This document shows positions 1 through 14,100 of a stretch of 64,000 nucleotides of DNA, one piece after another; position 1 is the stretch's first letter, and the number at the start of each line of letters is the position of its first letter. Position numbers and translations under genes: made by a program. The DNA is taken from contig NC_043014.1 of NCBI RefSeq assembly GCF_006345805.1, forward strand, positions 39,680,001-39,744,000, in the 5' to 3' direction. Source of the DNA: Octopus sinensis (taxonomy: Eukaryota). The notes beneath the pieces were generated by a model, which had not been told where the DNA came from, ran no database searches, and was given only the letters and a program-made list of their open reading frames with translations.

Positions 1-8
1 ACCCTGTG

Positions 9-43
<35 letters not shown>

Positions 44-893
44 TTTAAAGTCCATCTTCCATGCATGCATGGGTAGGATGGTTGACAGGAGCTGGCCAGG
101 TACAAAATCTGCCCAAGGCTACTATGTCTGTTTTGGCAGGGACTTTACGGCTGGATGCTCTTCCTAACACCAACCACTCTGCAGAGTAGAATCAGTGCTT
201 TTTACGTGGCACTAGCACAGGCAAAGTTAGTTTGGGCTAGATTTTTACAGCTGGATGCTTTTCCAGATGCCAACCAATGTTACAGTGTGGACTGGATGCT
301 TTTAATGTGGCACCAGCACTGGCAGGGTAACCAAGCAACTCACAAGAAAAGGAATTATGAGAGGGGCAGGGCATTTGTGCCAGAGGATGAAAGTTAGAGT
401 GTGGCCAAGAGACAGGAAAACAGAAGCAGGTGTCTTGCCACAACAGAGGAGGGCATTAGTGGAGATTATGTATATATATATAATAAAAAGTAGAGGAAAT
501 GAAAATGCAAACCCTAGCAAGTCAACCAAATTCCCAAATGCATAAATGAAGATATTCAATCAATGTAATTGAATCATATATAGTGATACACACCAACATA
601 AATCATGCACGTATAAATGTAAAGATTCTCCAAGGGTACAAAGAATAAAACTAAACATGCATAAAAATATAGGAGAGATATAAAAGCATATAAAAAATAT
701 ATAAAAATCACATATAAATAAGGATCACATGTAAAAAGTTATGCGTGATAAATATAGGAGGCACAACACGAATGAGAGGCTGACTGCCTAGGATTTGTGT
801 TTTTGAATTCCTCTACTTTGTATTATTTCACATTGGCTCTCTCTCTCTCTCTCTCACTCTTTATATATATATTTATATATACATATATATATA

Positions 894-975
<82 letters not shown>

Positions 976-1284
976 TGGTTAAAAACAAAAAAACAACATA
1001 TCTAATGAAAGCAGGATGCTAGTTTTCTTCACTACAATTTTTAATATTTTAAAATGTACTTGTTGAACTTAATCAATGGTTGTATAATATCTGCATTAAA
1101 ATTCCAATTACTTATGATTACTATTAATCAGATATTTTTTGTAAAATTTTTATACATTTCTCATTGTTTTCAAGGTTAAATAACCAGTTTAGACAAAGTT
1201 TGTGCCCTTGAAATTCTTCAACAAGTTGATAATTGTATTTTTTTTTTTTTTTGGTTTTTTTTTTTAAATAGAAAAATAAAATAC

Positions 1285-1400
1285 CTCAGGATCAAGATCA
1301 GAAGTTTTCCAGCAGAGTACACATGTTCGAAAGTCTTCACAAACTTCCACAGCAGTAGAACCTTCCTCCGACTCATTATCTTTGTTGTTATGAGATAAAG
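1285..1400 (-). CDS. KMT2A: trx/KMT2A exon 19: start of extended PHD (EDFRTCVLCWKTSDLDPE)
   Basis: Acceptor TCCAG|CT, donor GAG|GTATTT, phase 1-0. MLL1 has EDNRQCALC. Confidence 0.85.
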
Positions 1401-4400
1401 CTGGAACAGAGAAAAGATCAAAAATAAATCATGGAAAAATGCATTAAAATCATTTCGAAACTAGAAGTGGGAGAAAAAGTAACATCAGTAGAAGAACAAA
1501 TTTTTTTTAAAAAAACTACTTACAAAATGAACCTGGTTTTTTATGAGGTGTTGTACAAGTTTTCCTGAGAGGGAAATCATGAGTAGAATAAGGTTGAAAT
1601 GGTCTTATCATCCACTGGGCATATGTATGATCTCCTGAAGGTGGTAGAACAGCATTTGGTAACATATCCCTAAAAAAAAAATATACCAGTTATCAATGTT
1701 TTTTACAAAAATAAATTTGTAAAGTGTCATTTCTGTAATATGAATGAAACATGATTTACACTGACAATATAACTTTTTTTACCATAGTTTACAACCTAAT
1801 TATGGGTTTACTACTTTCTTATCCAGTTCTTAAACTCATGTCTAAAAATCATATGCTATTGACTGAAAATGGAATTTTAATAGAAAAGAATATTCGGATC
1901 TTTTCAGTTTGAACGGCAGTTTATTAAAATAATTTCCACGTAACTAAAAAATTTTAAACTTCGTATACTGGTAGAATGTGTTTACAAAACATCTTTTTCT
2001 CTTGACTTTATTGAGAAAATTCTATAGTTTGTAAGATATTTGTTGTTTTTTTTTTTCTTCAATTTCTGCAATTTCAACCAATCACTGACGTCTATTGAGG
2101 TGAAAACATTCTGTGCCATATGAACATATCCCTTGTTTAGGAAACGGATTGGGTTTATTTACATTTGAGAAGAAAAAAAGATACCCTTTTCCCCACCCCT
2201 AACCTCAACACTAAAACAGATTGAAATGCAATAGATCAATACTGGGGTCATAATTATGGGTGACAATTTCATATGACACCGCTAGAAAAAAACTGCCGTT
2301 CAAACCGAAAAGATCTGAATATTCTACTAACATCTTGAAAAAGAATCCAAACATGAATTAAAAGTGAGTTTAAAAAAAAGAAAAATTCAATGGTATGTAC
2401 CAATTTCAATAGTATTGTGGCTGTGAAATAAAGAGTTCAAATCTTGCTACAGTTTTCAGTCTTTGCACAGCACCCTTGCACTTTTAATGCATCAGACATT
2501 TCAAAAATAGGTCCTACACTCATTTCACATTTCTTCATTTGCATAAAAGTATACAAATGTGAAAATTATGAGGCAGATGTTAGTACAAGGTAATATTTTC
2601 CTTTAGCTCAGAATCTTAAAACTTTTGACAATTTCATTTTTTTTTTAAATTGGTATTTCTATGTAAAATAAATTCTTAAAATGTTTTAAAAATCTATTTT
2701 TCATGATTAAAATCATCTTTAAATTAATCATACAAACTGAAGAAAGCTTACAATTTGCATATGATAAATAGTGAAAATTTCTTCTGGTAAGAGGCACAAG
2801 CACTTACACACATGACGATAACTTCCACCTACCGAATTCAATCACAAGACTTCAGCCAGCCCAAGGCTTTATAGCAGAAGACACTTGTCCAAGGTGCCAC
2901 CCAGTGGGACTGAACCTGAATCCATGTCACTAGGAAGCAAGCTTCTTAACCACATAGCCATGGAAATTTTACACCATTATCTTCACACCATGTGGTTTTG
3001 GGGCTTCATCTCACTGTGTGGAATGTCCAGCAATGTGGCTTTTTTTTTTTTTTTTTTTACTATAGCCCTAAGTTGCTCAATACCTTGCAAAAGCCTACTG
3101 TATTCTTGCATGGTGCATGTGTGTGTGTTTACATTTGCACTTCTGAAATCTGCTGAACTATATATGCAGTGATGTTGTCATTTTCTCCCACCAACAAATC
3201 ATAGATTGGCCTTGTACTTTCAAAGATGTATAAATAAGAGATGCCTTTCTTGAAAAACAAGTAAGGGTTAGCAAGAGGAAGTACATCTGACTGTAACACA
3301 ATGCCTCAATAATAAATGCAACCATGCTAGGCTAGCATGGAAAGACAAAAAAAAATGAATGAATAAAATATCAAAATAATGGTACAACAAAGCTATATTT
3401 AAAATATCAATAATAACAGTCTGATACTACAAGCAAAAGAATTTTAAAATAAGCTTCTTGTTGAAAATCCATAAATTATAAAGAGTAAAATATTCCAAAA
3501 GACTACTTACACAGGCAGATTTTTATGATGATTCCATAATGCACAAACCTTGACATTGAACCAGGGAAAATATTTCTCCATTTGCTGAGAGAAAAAGAAA
3601 CATTATACTTCATGAATTTAGCAACAAATTTTTTTTTTACAAATATATTAAGTAAAGAAATAGCTGTGCTTCTAATTAGTCTATGTGAGGCCTTATTATT
3701 AAAACACTATCGCTCTTGTTACAGTATTTGGTTTTGAATTAATTTCGAAAATAATAAAAGACTTATTAAAACAACTTTAGTTTTTATTAACCAGATGTTT
3801 GGAACATAAATGGAAGGTTTAAATTTCAATTTTTTTAAAACAAGGAATTTACATCATAGAACCAAGGGTGGTTTCAGACAGGCTAGACTCAAAAAGGCTT
3901 ATTACAATAAATTTTGAAAGCAAGTAAAGCATTGAGTGAAAAACAAACAGTCGGAATGACTTAATCCCACCTTGATGAAGATCGACCGCACGGAGTTGTT
4001 AGCTCTTTTCCGACTCACAGTTTGATCAGCACTGTCACTTAGAGCTGTTTGTATGATCCTCACCATATCTTCATTGAACTGGTGCTGTTAATAAAAGAAA
4101 AACAGAAGTTTGCAAGTAATATTATTAAACCAATCGGATTTCATTAAGTTCATCATTGTAAAAGTGGTGAGCTGGCAGAATTGTTAGCATACTGGACAAA
4201 ACGCTTAACATTTCTTTTGGCTTTACATTCTGAGTTCAAATTCTGCCATGATCGGCTTTGCTTTTTCATCCTTTGAAGGTTCATAAAATAAGATCCAGTC
4301 AATTACTGGTGTCGATGAAATCAACTAGCCCCCTTCTTCAACACTTCAGGCTTTGTGCCTGTAGTACAAAGAATTGAATCTAACGTTTTTTGGGGTTTTT

Positions 4401-7400
4401 TTGTTTTAAGGAAAGCAAATATCTAATCTTAAATATAATAATTTTGCTGTTAATAGTTAATTTGTTGATGAGAAACCCAAAAACATTGTATTTTAGAGCA
4501 TCCTATTCTCCTCTTCTATGAAAGACAGTCTTCTTTTCATTACTAGTCTCATATGAGAAAGAGAAAGCGAGAGATGCTTTTTTTGCAGGACACTGGTGGA
4601 AAACCAAGCAAGAACTCATTAACCCTTTCATTACCAACCCGGCTGAAACCAGCTCTGGCTCTGAGTACAAATGTCTTGTTTTCATAAGTTTTGAATTAAA
4701 ATTTTCCACCAAACCTTAGTCACAATTTATGTTCCTAACACTAGCTAAATGATAACCAAGCTATTTTACTAAATTCTTTGTTATCATCATCATCATCATT
4801 TAGCATCCGTTTTCCATGCTAGCATGGGTTGGATGGTTCAACTGGGGTCTGTGAAGCCGGAAGGCTTCATCAGGCCCAGTCAGATCTGGCAGTGTTTCTA
4901 TGGCTGGATGCCCTTCCTAACGCCAACCACTCCGTGAGTGTAGTGGGTGCTTTTTACATGCCACTTGCACAGGTGCCAGACAGAGCATTGAAAAAACACA
5001 GAGCATCTCAAAATAAATACAGTAACGAAAGGGTTAATGATATACTCATATAGACAATCTGACATGGATATACACAGGTTGGCTGTCCAGCAAAAACTTT
5101 CATTGACCACCTCTGTACAGACTGGGTGTAGCTCTTTTGAGTTCAGGAACACATTGTGGGATCATGATGGGCAGCATAACTGAGTTGGGCAAATCCAAGA
5201 AAACTTGACTAGATGATGACAAATTTGTTTTGATATCTTTGATAAAAAAATTTTTTTTTTTTTTAAGATTTCAAAATTCAAATGACAAAATGGAAATAAA
5301 ATATACTTACAACACTCTGATAGTGAAGTTTATTTATTTTTTCAATAACATCATGGAAATTCTTGGGATATTCCTTCACTTTTTCTGCTTTAAGTGCTAG
5401 CTCAGGAATACACTTAAGATTACCATCATCTGAAGTGTAGAGAGATTTATTCTTGCGAGCTTCGGAGAAGAGTTTCTGCCTTTCTTTTTGAAGAGAAGTA
5501 GCAACATCTTTGTAATTAAAGTTTGACACATCATCAGAATCTTCAGACGCTGAATCTGTTGTACTATCCTCTGATGGTACAGGAGAAGGACAGTTTGTAG
5601 TTTGTAATGAGCTTTGGGCTGTTGAAATACTGTTTGTGGAAGGCGTTTGTGTGGATGAAGAAGTCGAATGAGCTGTGGAAACAGGTGTTGCTAAACATTT
5701 AGAACTGTTATTAAAATCAATTTCTTCATCTTCTTCAATTATTGTGTTCAATTTAGAAGTCTCATGTGTAGTTTTGTTTTTTTTATTTTTTTGATTCGTA
5801 CTAAGATTATCTTTAAATAGCTTATCTGAAGATTTTGTACTCTTAAGATTGTTAGTGTCTTGGTGTGTGTTCAGGTTGTAGGTGGGAGAAGAGAAAACAG
5901 GAGATTTATTAATTACTGTGCTAACTGCTGTAGAAGGCAATGATTTTGTTGTATCACTGGATTTAGTTACACTGCTAATACAAGAGGTAATGCTAGCTGT
6001 TGTTGAAGTGGTGTTGTTAGATGGAACAGTGCCAGGAAACTTTGAAGTTGCCGATCCAGTAATATTAGCTGTTGAAGAAACAGTACTTATAAAGCTACTC
6101 CCATAAGATACCGAACTCAACACATTTGCGCTACCAACCATAGACGTCCCAACAGTTGATGATGTCGTGCATGAAGTTGTAACGTTCGTACAAATCTGAG
6201 TTGCATCATTTGCAGTTTCAGTTGCCAGTGGCTGTGACAAGGAAACCTCAGTCGAAGTAGTAGTTTTGGGGATGACACCGGACGGTGCGTTATTGTTGGG
6301 GTTGTTAAAACTACTACTACAAGTTGTTACGCTGCTTACAAGTGATCCATGAGGAGACTGAGCCTTTGTATCACTAAAACATGATACGATATTAGGCGTC
6401 ATAATAGTGCCATTTAGAGCTGAAACTGTACTAACTGAACTACTGGAACATACAGTACTTACTGAGGGAACTTTAGGACTATTCCCATATGAAATTGCTT
6501 TAGGTGAAAACCCTGAAATATTACACGATTCACTTGTCTGTATACTATTGCTAGGATTTAAATTAGTATTAGTCGGAGGAGACTGTGTTATTAATGTATT
6601 TGCAATAGAAGAACTTTTAGCGCTCACTGTATTATTAGATGAAACTGTAGTGGTTGGAACTTTAGTAGTGCTAGTAATACTGATACCGTGACTCCTATTA
6701 CTAATATTCCTCCTAAAGAAACCAGCAGGTGACATTGGTCCCATTACGAAGCGACAAGCACCGCCTGTCTTTGGGAGACTGACAGCAGTAGTTTTAGGAA
6801 CAGAACTATCAATAGCTTTTGTTTCTGAATCTTTTGGAGAATTGGTCTGAAGAGAAGAATTATTTGGAGGAGATGTAACATTAGAAATAACTTCTGAATT
6901 TTTGTTAAAACTCTCCAGGAGGCATTTCCTAGATGTGCTATAACTGCAGATGGAGTTGTTGAGTTTGTCACTAGAGTGAGTTTGTGAGCTATCACAGATT
7001 TGAGATGAAGATATTGAAGTGGCAACCTTGTTGGTGGATGAGTAAGTTGTTACAGCTTCAGACTTAATCAATTTATCACAGCCAGAGACTGAAGAAAAGA
7101 CAGGGGAAGTGTTTGGAGAGCCAACAACTGTTTTAGTACAAACAATTGAAGAGCTCTTAGAGCGAGGGCTTGTATGAGGAACTTTAAAGACAGGTGCATT
7201 GTGACATGGTGAAGGGTCACTTTTACAGTGAGGCAAACCTAGGGAAAGAGAAGTTACTGCGGAGTCATCTTGAGAAGAATCATGATCATCATCACCACAA
7301 GTGTTTACTTTGCAATTCTTTGGTTTATTTTTTTTCTGAAATTTAAAAGAAAATATTTTTTTAAATTAAATTAACAGCAACTAAATAAGTAATTGTTAAA

Positions 7401-8114
7401 AATGTATTAATTATAAAATAACACACAAGTTATAATAAATCTCTGAACGAGATGTAAACAGTAACCGCTCGACAACGTAAAGTATACTAGCCATCTCAAT
7501 ATGGCTAACCACTAAGGGTGGGTGTTACTGTAAATTTTAGCCCCAGGAGATCATCGTCTCCAGCTGGCTTTAGGCACACTTTCAAGTTAATATGGTTAAA
7601 ATTTTTCCAATATAACTAAGACGTACCTTTAATTTTTCTATTCCTTGCTTGGCAGCCATCGGTCCTAAAAGATGTTGTGCACATTTAGAATGTTGCAAAG
7701 CAAACATGACTCGTTTAAAGCCATGCTGCATTGTTTCTTGTATGATGCACTCCCACTCAGCAGGAGATTTTTCCGAACAAAGTGAACAAATATATTGCAC
7801 ATCTTCTGGCAGGTGTGAAAACATCATATACAGCTCGTCTAATAAAAGAGTGAAAAATTAAGTTTTTTAGATAAATGAATAAGATGTGAATAAATGTCTC
7901 AAAAAAAATTTTTTTTTTTACCAAAGATAAGTGGAATAAAAATATTATTTTCTTTCTCTTCTACTTCTTACTCTTTTTTTAAAGTATATTTTGACATTAT
8001 AATAATAATAATTGCCTGGTGTACCCTTATCAGACGGGTAGTCATGATGGGTATATTGGGCTTCGTATATTTTACCCCAGTGTCACTTTGATGGCATGCA
8101 CTGCTCTCTCACTC

Positions 8115-8155
<41 letters not shown>

Positions 8156-11100
8156 AATTATTGTATACAGTGCTCAGGTGCACCACATCTTGTCAAAAAG
8201 TGCGTATAAAGTATATGCAGTAATGTACAAATGTTTGGAAAGCAAACAGTGTATGGGTCAGATACATGCTTGCGTGTGTATGGAGGGGGAGAAAATCGGG
8301 TGTAGTGTTAGCGAATCTCAGGAAGCATGGAAGTTTTGAAAGATGCAGTGCTCCGACAACTACCAACTGATGCCGGCAGTCTGTTCCATGCTTCAGCAAC
8401 TCTTAGTGTGAAAAAACGTTTCCGAAAGTCATGGGAGCTGTGCTGTTTTCTGACTTTGTAAACATATCTACGGGTGTTAGACAGGTGGAGTTTGAAGAGG
8501 TGCTCAGAGTTATTGTTTATATATTAAGTATATATCTATTCAATATGTAACACATTGTGAAAGCTATACATTATAAAAAAACATGAAACCAGTTACACAA
8601 AAGACAAAATGCAATAAAAATCCACTTAGACACAGTCACATAACAAATTCATAACAGTTATAATAATTAAGCAAAATACATTGAAGTATGTTCTACATGT
8701 ATGCAGAAACAAATTCTTGGTTTCCTTCATTCAGTGTCATTTTTAATATTAGTTTGGATATTTCATGATTATTTAACAAATGGAGGTGCAAATGCACTTA
8801 AAACATAGCTCTTAACTGTTCAAATTTACTTCATCCAATATAAATTACTGCATACCTGTGAGTCCAGCACACTTAGAATGCACCCAGCTGTCACAAGAAG
8901 AGCACTGCACCATCTTAGAATCCCAGTCATCATCTGTATAGCATTTACGGCAAATCGGACAATAGTTTCCTGTTGAAGAAACAAAAATAATATATAACCA
9001 AAATAAAGCACTGGAACAGTAATGCGTGGATAAATTATAAATAAGTTCATAAACATATGTTTAATAGACACGCATTTAACCTCACTATATGAACAGACAT
9101 TGTGGTTAAACAAGACCAGTGTTCTCAACTGTATTAGAAATCAGAAATCCTAAAATATTGTTTGTTTCTCATTATGCTTATACTATAGAAATGTACAATA
9201 ATATTACCTTTGTCCATTAATTTGCCACATTCATAACAGAGGGAGAAGTCGTGCATCCACGTAGCATTGCCCGAGTTGCCAGGGGTCGTTGCTCCACAGC
9301 TCTTACACCGGACACACTTCGTACAGATCTGCCAAAACAAATAGGATAACAAAATAAACGTTATTTTTAAACAGTATACATTATTTCTGATGGTACTTTT
9401 CTTTTCTTACATTTCATTTTATTTTACCAATTGACAAGATGGTTCTGAAAAACCTACATTTGTCTCTAAATTGTTGAAGCACACAACAAAATGCCCTTTT
9501 AACAACTAGCCACACTAGTCAAGTGGTAGTAGTAATATCTTTGTTGAGTGTGAGTTAGGGTTAAACAAATAATGCATTCTGCTTTAAGACACATTACTCT
9601 GAATGCAGTTAAAGTTGCTTCCATTGTTGAACGGTACTTCTTGCACGTTAAAAAGCACCATCCGATCGTGGCCGTTGCCAGCCTCGTCTGGCACCTGTGC
9701 CGGTGGCACGTAAAAATCACCCACTACATTCACAGAGTGGTTGACGTTAGGAAGGGCATCCAGCCGTAGAAACATTGCCAGATCAGACTGGGCCTGGTGC
9801 AGCCTTCTGGCTTCCCAGACCCCAGTTGAACCGTCCAACCCATGCTAGCATGGAAAGCGGACGCTAAACGAAGATGATGATAGTACTGTAATAGAGAATC
9901 ATTTTTTTTTCCTTCCTTCTCTTATTTCATGTCACTTTTGGATGATTTGATTAATTATTATTGTGGGTCCATACAACCAACAATACATACCGAACAATGA
10001 CTGACTGACAGTCTTAATTCTGAAACAATATATTGCAACTGCAAACTAAGTGAAATATCAAATTCCAATCAAACTGACGTCACTTTCTAAATTTTCATTC
10101 CATTTTCTTGCCACAGACAAGTACAAAACAAATTTTCCTGATTAAACATCTTAACCCTTTACCATTCAAGACTGTCAAATGTAATGCTTATTTATGAAAT
10201 GCTTATGTAATAATGGTTTCAAAGTTTGGCACAAGGACAGCAATTTCAGAGGTAGGGGTAAGTCAATTACATCAACCCCAGGACTCAACTGGTGCTTATT
10301 TTATCGACCCCAAAAAGATGAAAGGCAAAGTCGTCCTTGGTGGAATTTGAACTCAGGATGTAAAGACAGATGATGCGCCACTAGGCATTTTATTCAGCAA
10401 GTAACGATTCTCCTAGCCAGCTGCCTTAGTACTCTATACCAGTATTCTGCAACCTAATTTCACTTGCGGTATACTTATATTCCTTTCAAAATTCGGTGGC
10501 ACACCTGAACTAAAAATATAACTAAAAGTATAGGGACAAAAGCTATATTCAGGTTATAATGCAGCACACCTAGCATCCGTCTCAAGTATGCCGTAGCATA
10601 CCAGTTGTAGAGCACTGCTCTATATGATAATGATAGAGACTATTATGTAAAATGCAACTGAAGGATGAAATTACAGGTCCTTTGCCATAAGTGTAATAAT
10701 AATGAGTTATTTAGTAATTTTCAAGGATCGTGTTTTAGATATGAATGGAAGGTTCTAATTCTTACCCATATCTTCTTCTTCTTGGACGGTTTTGTTGGAT
10801 AGTTAGGACCGAGGCACTCTGGGTGATAGGTTTCGTGACACTTCTTACACTGCAATAGCTGCGATTGAAATATAAATATGCAAACGAAATTATTAGAGAT
10901 ACAAGAAAATAAAGTAATGGACAAATACAGAAAATATTTTTTTTTAAGTTTTAAATACAAAAGATCATTGAAGACTAAATGATGGAAATATTTGTGAAGT
11001 ACATGACATGCCAAATCAATCTGAGAAAAAATGTTAAAGCTCAGAAGCAAGTTTTGCTTAACCTGTACATGCCAAAACATCCAAGGTGCATGGTTTAGTG

Positions 11101-14100
11101 GTTAAGGTGTTGGACTCATGATTGTAAGATTGCGGTCTTGATCCCTGGACCGGTTGACACATTGTGTTCTTGAGCAAAACACTTCATTTCATGTCGCTCC
11201 AGCCCACTCAGCTGGCAAAAATGAGTAATCCTGCAATGGACCCAGTATCCTGTCCAGGAAACTGGCCCTTATGAGTCAGCATGACTTGAGACGGTAACCA
11301 TTTAAAAAAATTTTTTTTTTAAATACAAAACCATCTAACCATGTGAGGATTGGTAATATTGTTATGTCTATTAAAATAGCAGCACAGGTATCTGCACCAC
11401 TTCCTAACACTGGTAAGGACAGAGAACTTTACAAATATATTCTTTTCAATATTTACAGCAGCAGATAGGTAGAATTGGCAGAGTATCAGACCTTGTGAAA
11501 TTTGGTTATGAACTTTTACATTCTAAGTTCAATTCCAACAAGTCGACTTTATTTTAACTTTTTTCAAGGTTGATAAAATAATCACCAGAAACAATTATTC
11601 ATTCATTTAAAATTTTGACAATACTTCCATCTATAATTTGCAGTTATGGTTTCAGATAATTTCAGAATAAATTTAGGCAAGACCAAATAATTTTGAGACA
11701 ACTCCATGATAAATTTAGGTTAGAACCCTTTTTCTAAGTGATGTTTAAAACATCATTTTAATATATTAATAAAAAATAAAGTTATATATGTTTTATGAAG
11801 TCAATCTAAAGTCATGATTATCTGAGAATTTACTTACAACACATAGGGGGAGGTGTATTTTAATAAGAAACATAGTAATGAAAGGCTTCACTTGCACTTA
11901 CATTGTTTTGTTGACCACATACTTGACAATAGTGGCAGCGATAACAGCACCAGTTGTCAATGTTCTTGTCTGTTGGCCGCCAATCCTCTTCCAAGCAAAA
12001 CATATGGAATGGTTCACAGCACAACTGGCAGTACACAAACTGAAATGCCAAAGAAGTACTGTTTTAAAAAAAGTGTCTAAAACAAAACACATGTGCGTCT
12101 ATGTGCATGCATGTTGGAAAGTTGTAATTTCAAATGAAAAAAATATAATAATTAACCTTTGCTTAGAACTCCATGTAAACCTATGTCTGTCCAACTTTTA
12201 TTAAAATACTGAACATAATTTGTCATACAATTTTTATTTGGTATTAAATACATGTGAACAGAATACAGTGTGTATATCCAAGATCAGAATAAAACTGGAG
12301 ATTCAGTTACCAAATTTAATAAACAGCTAATATTTAGCCACATTTTAACCGTACTGTAAACAATCAGAGACTTTTCATCACTTCAGTTTTGTTCCAAAAA
12401 GAATTCCAAATGTTTTGACTGTATAAAATTGATTACAAGTTTTACAGCCCATGAAGGAAATTATATTACATCATCATCATCGTTTAACGTCCGTTTTCCG
12501 CGCTAGCACGGGTTGGACAGTTCGACCGGGGTCTGGGGAGCCAGGGGCTGCTCCAGGCTCCAGCCTGATCTGGCAGTGTTTCTACAGCTGGATGCCCTTC
12601 CTAACGCCAACCACTCCGCGAGTGTAGTGGGTGCTTTTTACGTGCCACCTGCACAGGTGCCAGACGGGTCTGGCATCGGCCACGATCGGTTGGTGCTTTT
12701 TATGTGCCACCGGCACAAAAGCCAGTCGAGATGTACATATCAATTAGAATTTGCAAATATGCATAAGAAATAAAGTTTTTAAAAATCCATCTATTAATAA
12801 CTTTCATAGAAAAACTTCTTTGGATATTGATAGTTGGAGAGAAATTATAGGCATTTTATGGATTTTTGGTCATTTAAGACAATGATTTAAAAAGTTCTAC
12901 TAAAGATACAGGTCACGATATTAAAAGAGTTTATCATAAGGGACAATTCCAAAAATGTATTAAGAGCTTACACAATTTTGTGAGCTATTAAGAATCTGTT
13001 GGCTTTGAACAAAAAAAATCTTTTCATCAATAAAAATGTAAAAGAAACTAAAAATAGAATAAAATAACACTTCAGAGGAAATTCACAAAATTATCATCAC
13101 TTAACATCCACTTTCACATCCTTCCTAAAGCCAACCACTTTACAAGAGTATACTGGATGCTTTTTACACTGCACTGGCTCTAATAAAGTCACCAAGTAAC
13201 TCGTAAGACCCACAGCCATGGGGGTATAGGAATGAGGAAGGCTAAAGTATGAGAAAGGAAATGGTATCTTTTGCAATATAGTAGATGCATGGCTACAACA
13301 ATTATTTAATACTATAATGCAATTAGATTAATCTAGAAACAAACCAAAGCTGTAGAGTTCAGATTAAAATATTAGTTTCTAACATAAGAACAAGGTGTGA
13401 AACTGAGGAGAGAGGCACAGGTGATTTACACTGGTCCTTGTACTTCAATGGCACATATTATGCCAACTCTGCAGTGAAAGACAAAGCAAAACTGAGAATA
13501 AAAAAGAAGTATAACTAATACTGCATGTCATTTTGGCCAATTCCATCTATCTACAACTTTGAAACATTAAAAAGTATTTGTTAAACCTAGATATTTGGTT
13601 ATCCTTATATTTGGCCATGGTGTAGTTGTGGTTGTGTAGTTTCTGGTTCAATTCTACTGCATGGCGTAATAAGTAAGTGTAGTAGACACTAGTCCCAGGC
13701 CATCCAAAGCCTTGTGAGTGGATTTGGTAAGCAGAAACTAAAGAACCTCTCTCTCTCTCTGTCTCCTTGTCTAAATAATATGTGATTGTTGTAAATCAAT
13801 GTCATTTATTTCCAATATTCTGTGAAAACATGTCTGACCATGGGGAAATATTTACCTTACTTAGAAACAGTTACAGGTTGGCAACAGGAAGGGCATCCAG
13901 CTATAGAAAATGTGCCTCAATAAACAGTATCCAACCCATGCAAACATGGAAAAGTGAATATTAAATTTATGATAATGAATGATGATAATCTTTGTCGACC
14001 AAAATATATTCGACTTTTTATATATATGCTTCATGGGGAACTGCTTAAAAAGATTAAATGAAATAAAAGATGGTTCCAGCAAGAAAATGGAACACTAGAG

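Noticed and set aside
5882-7025. Plus-strand ORFs opposite exon 15 (and 33359-35438 opposite exon 2)
   Set aside because: They are antisense shadows of long coding exons with no recognisable domains.
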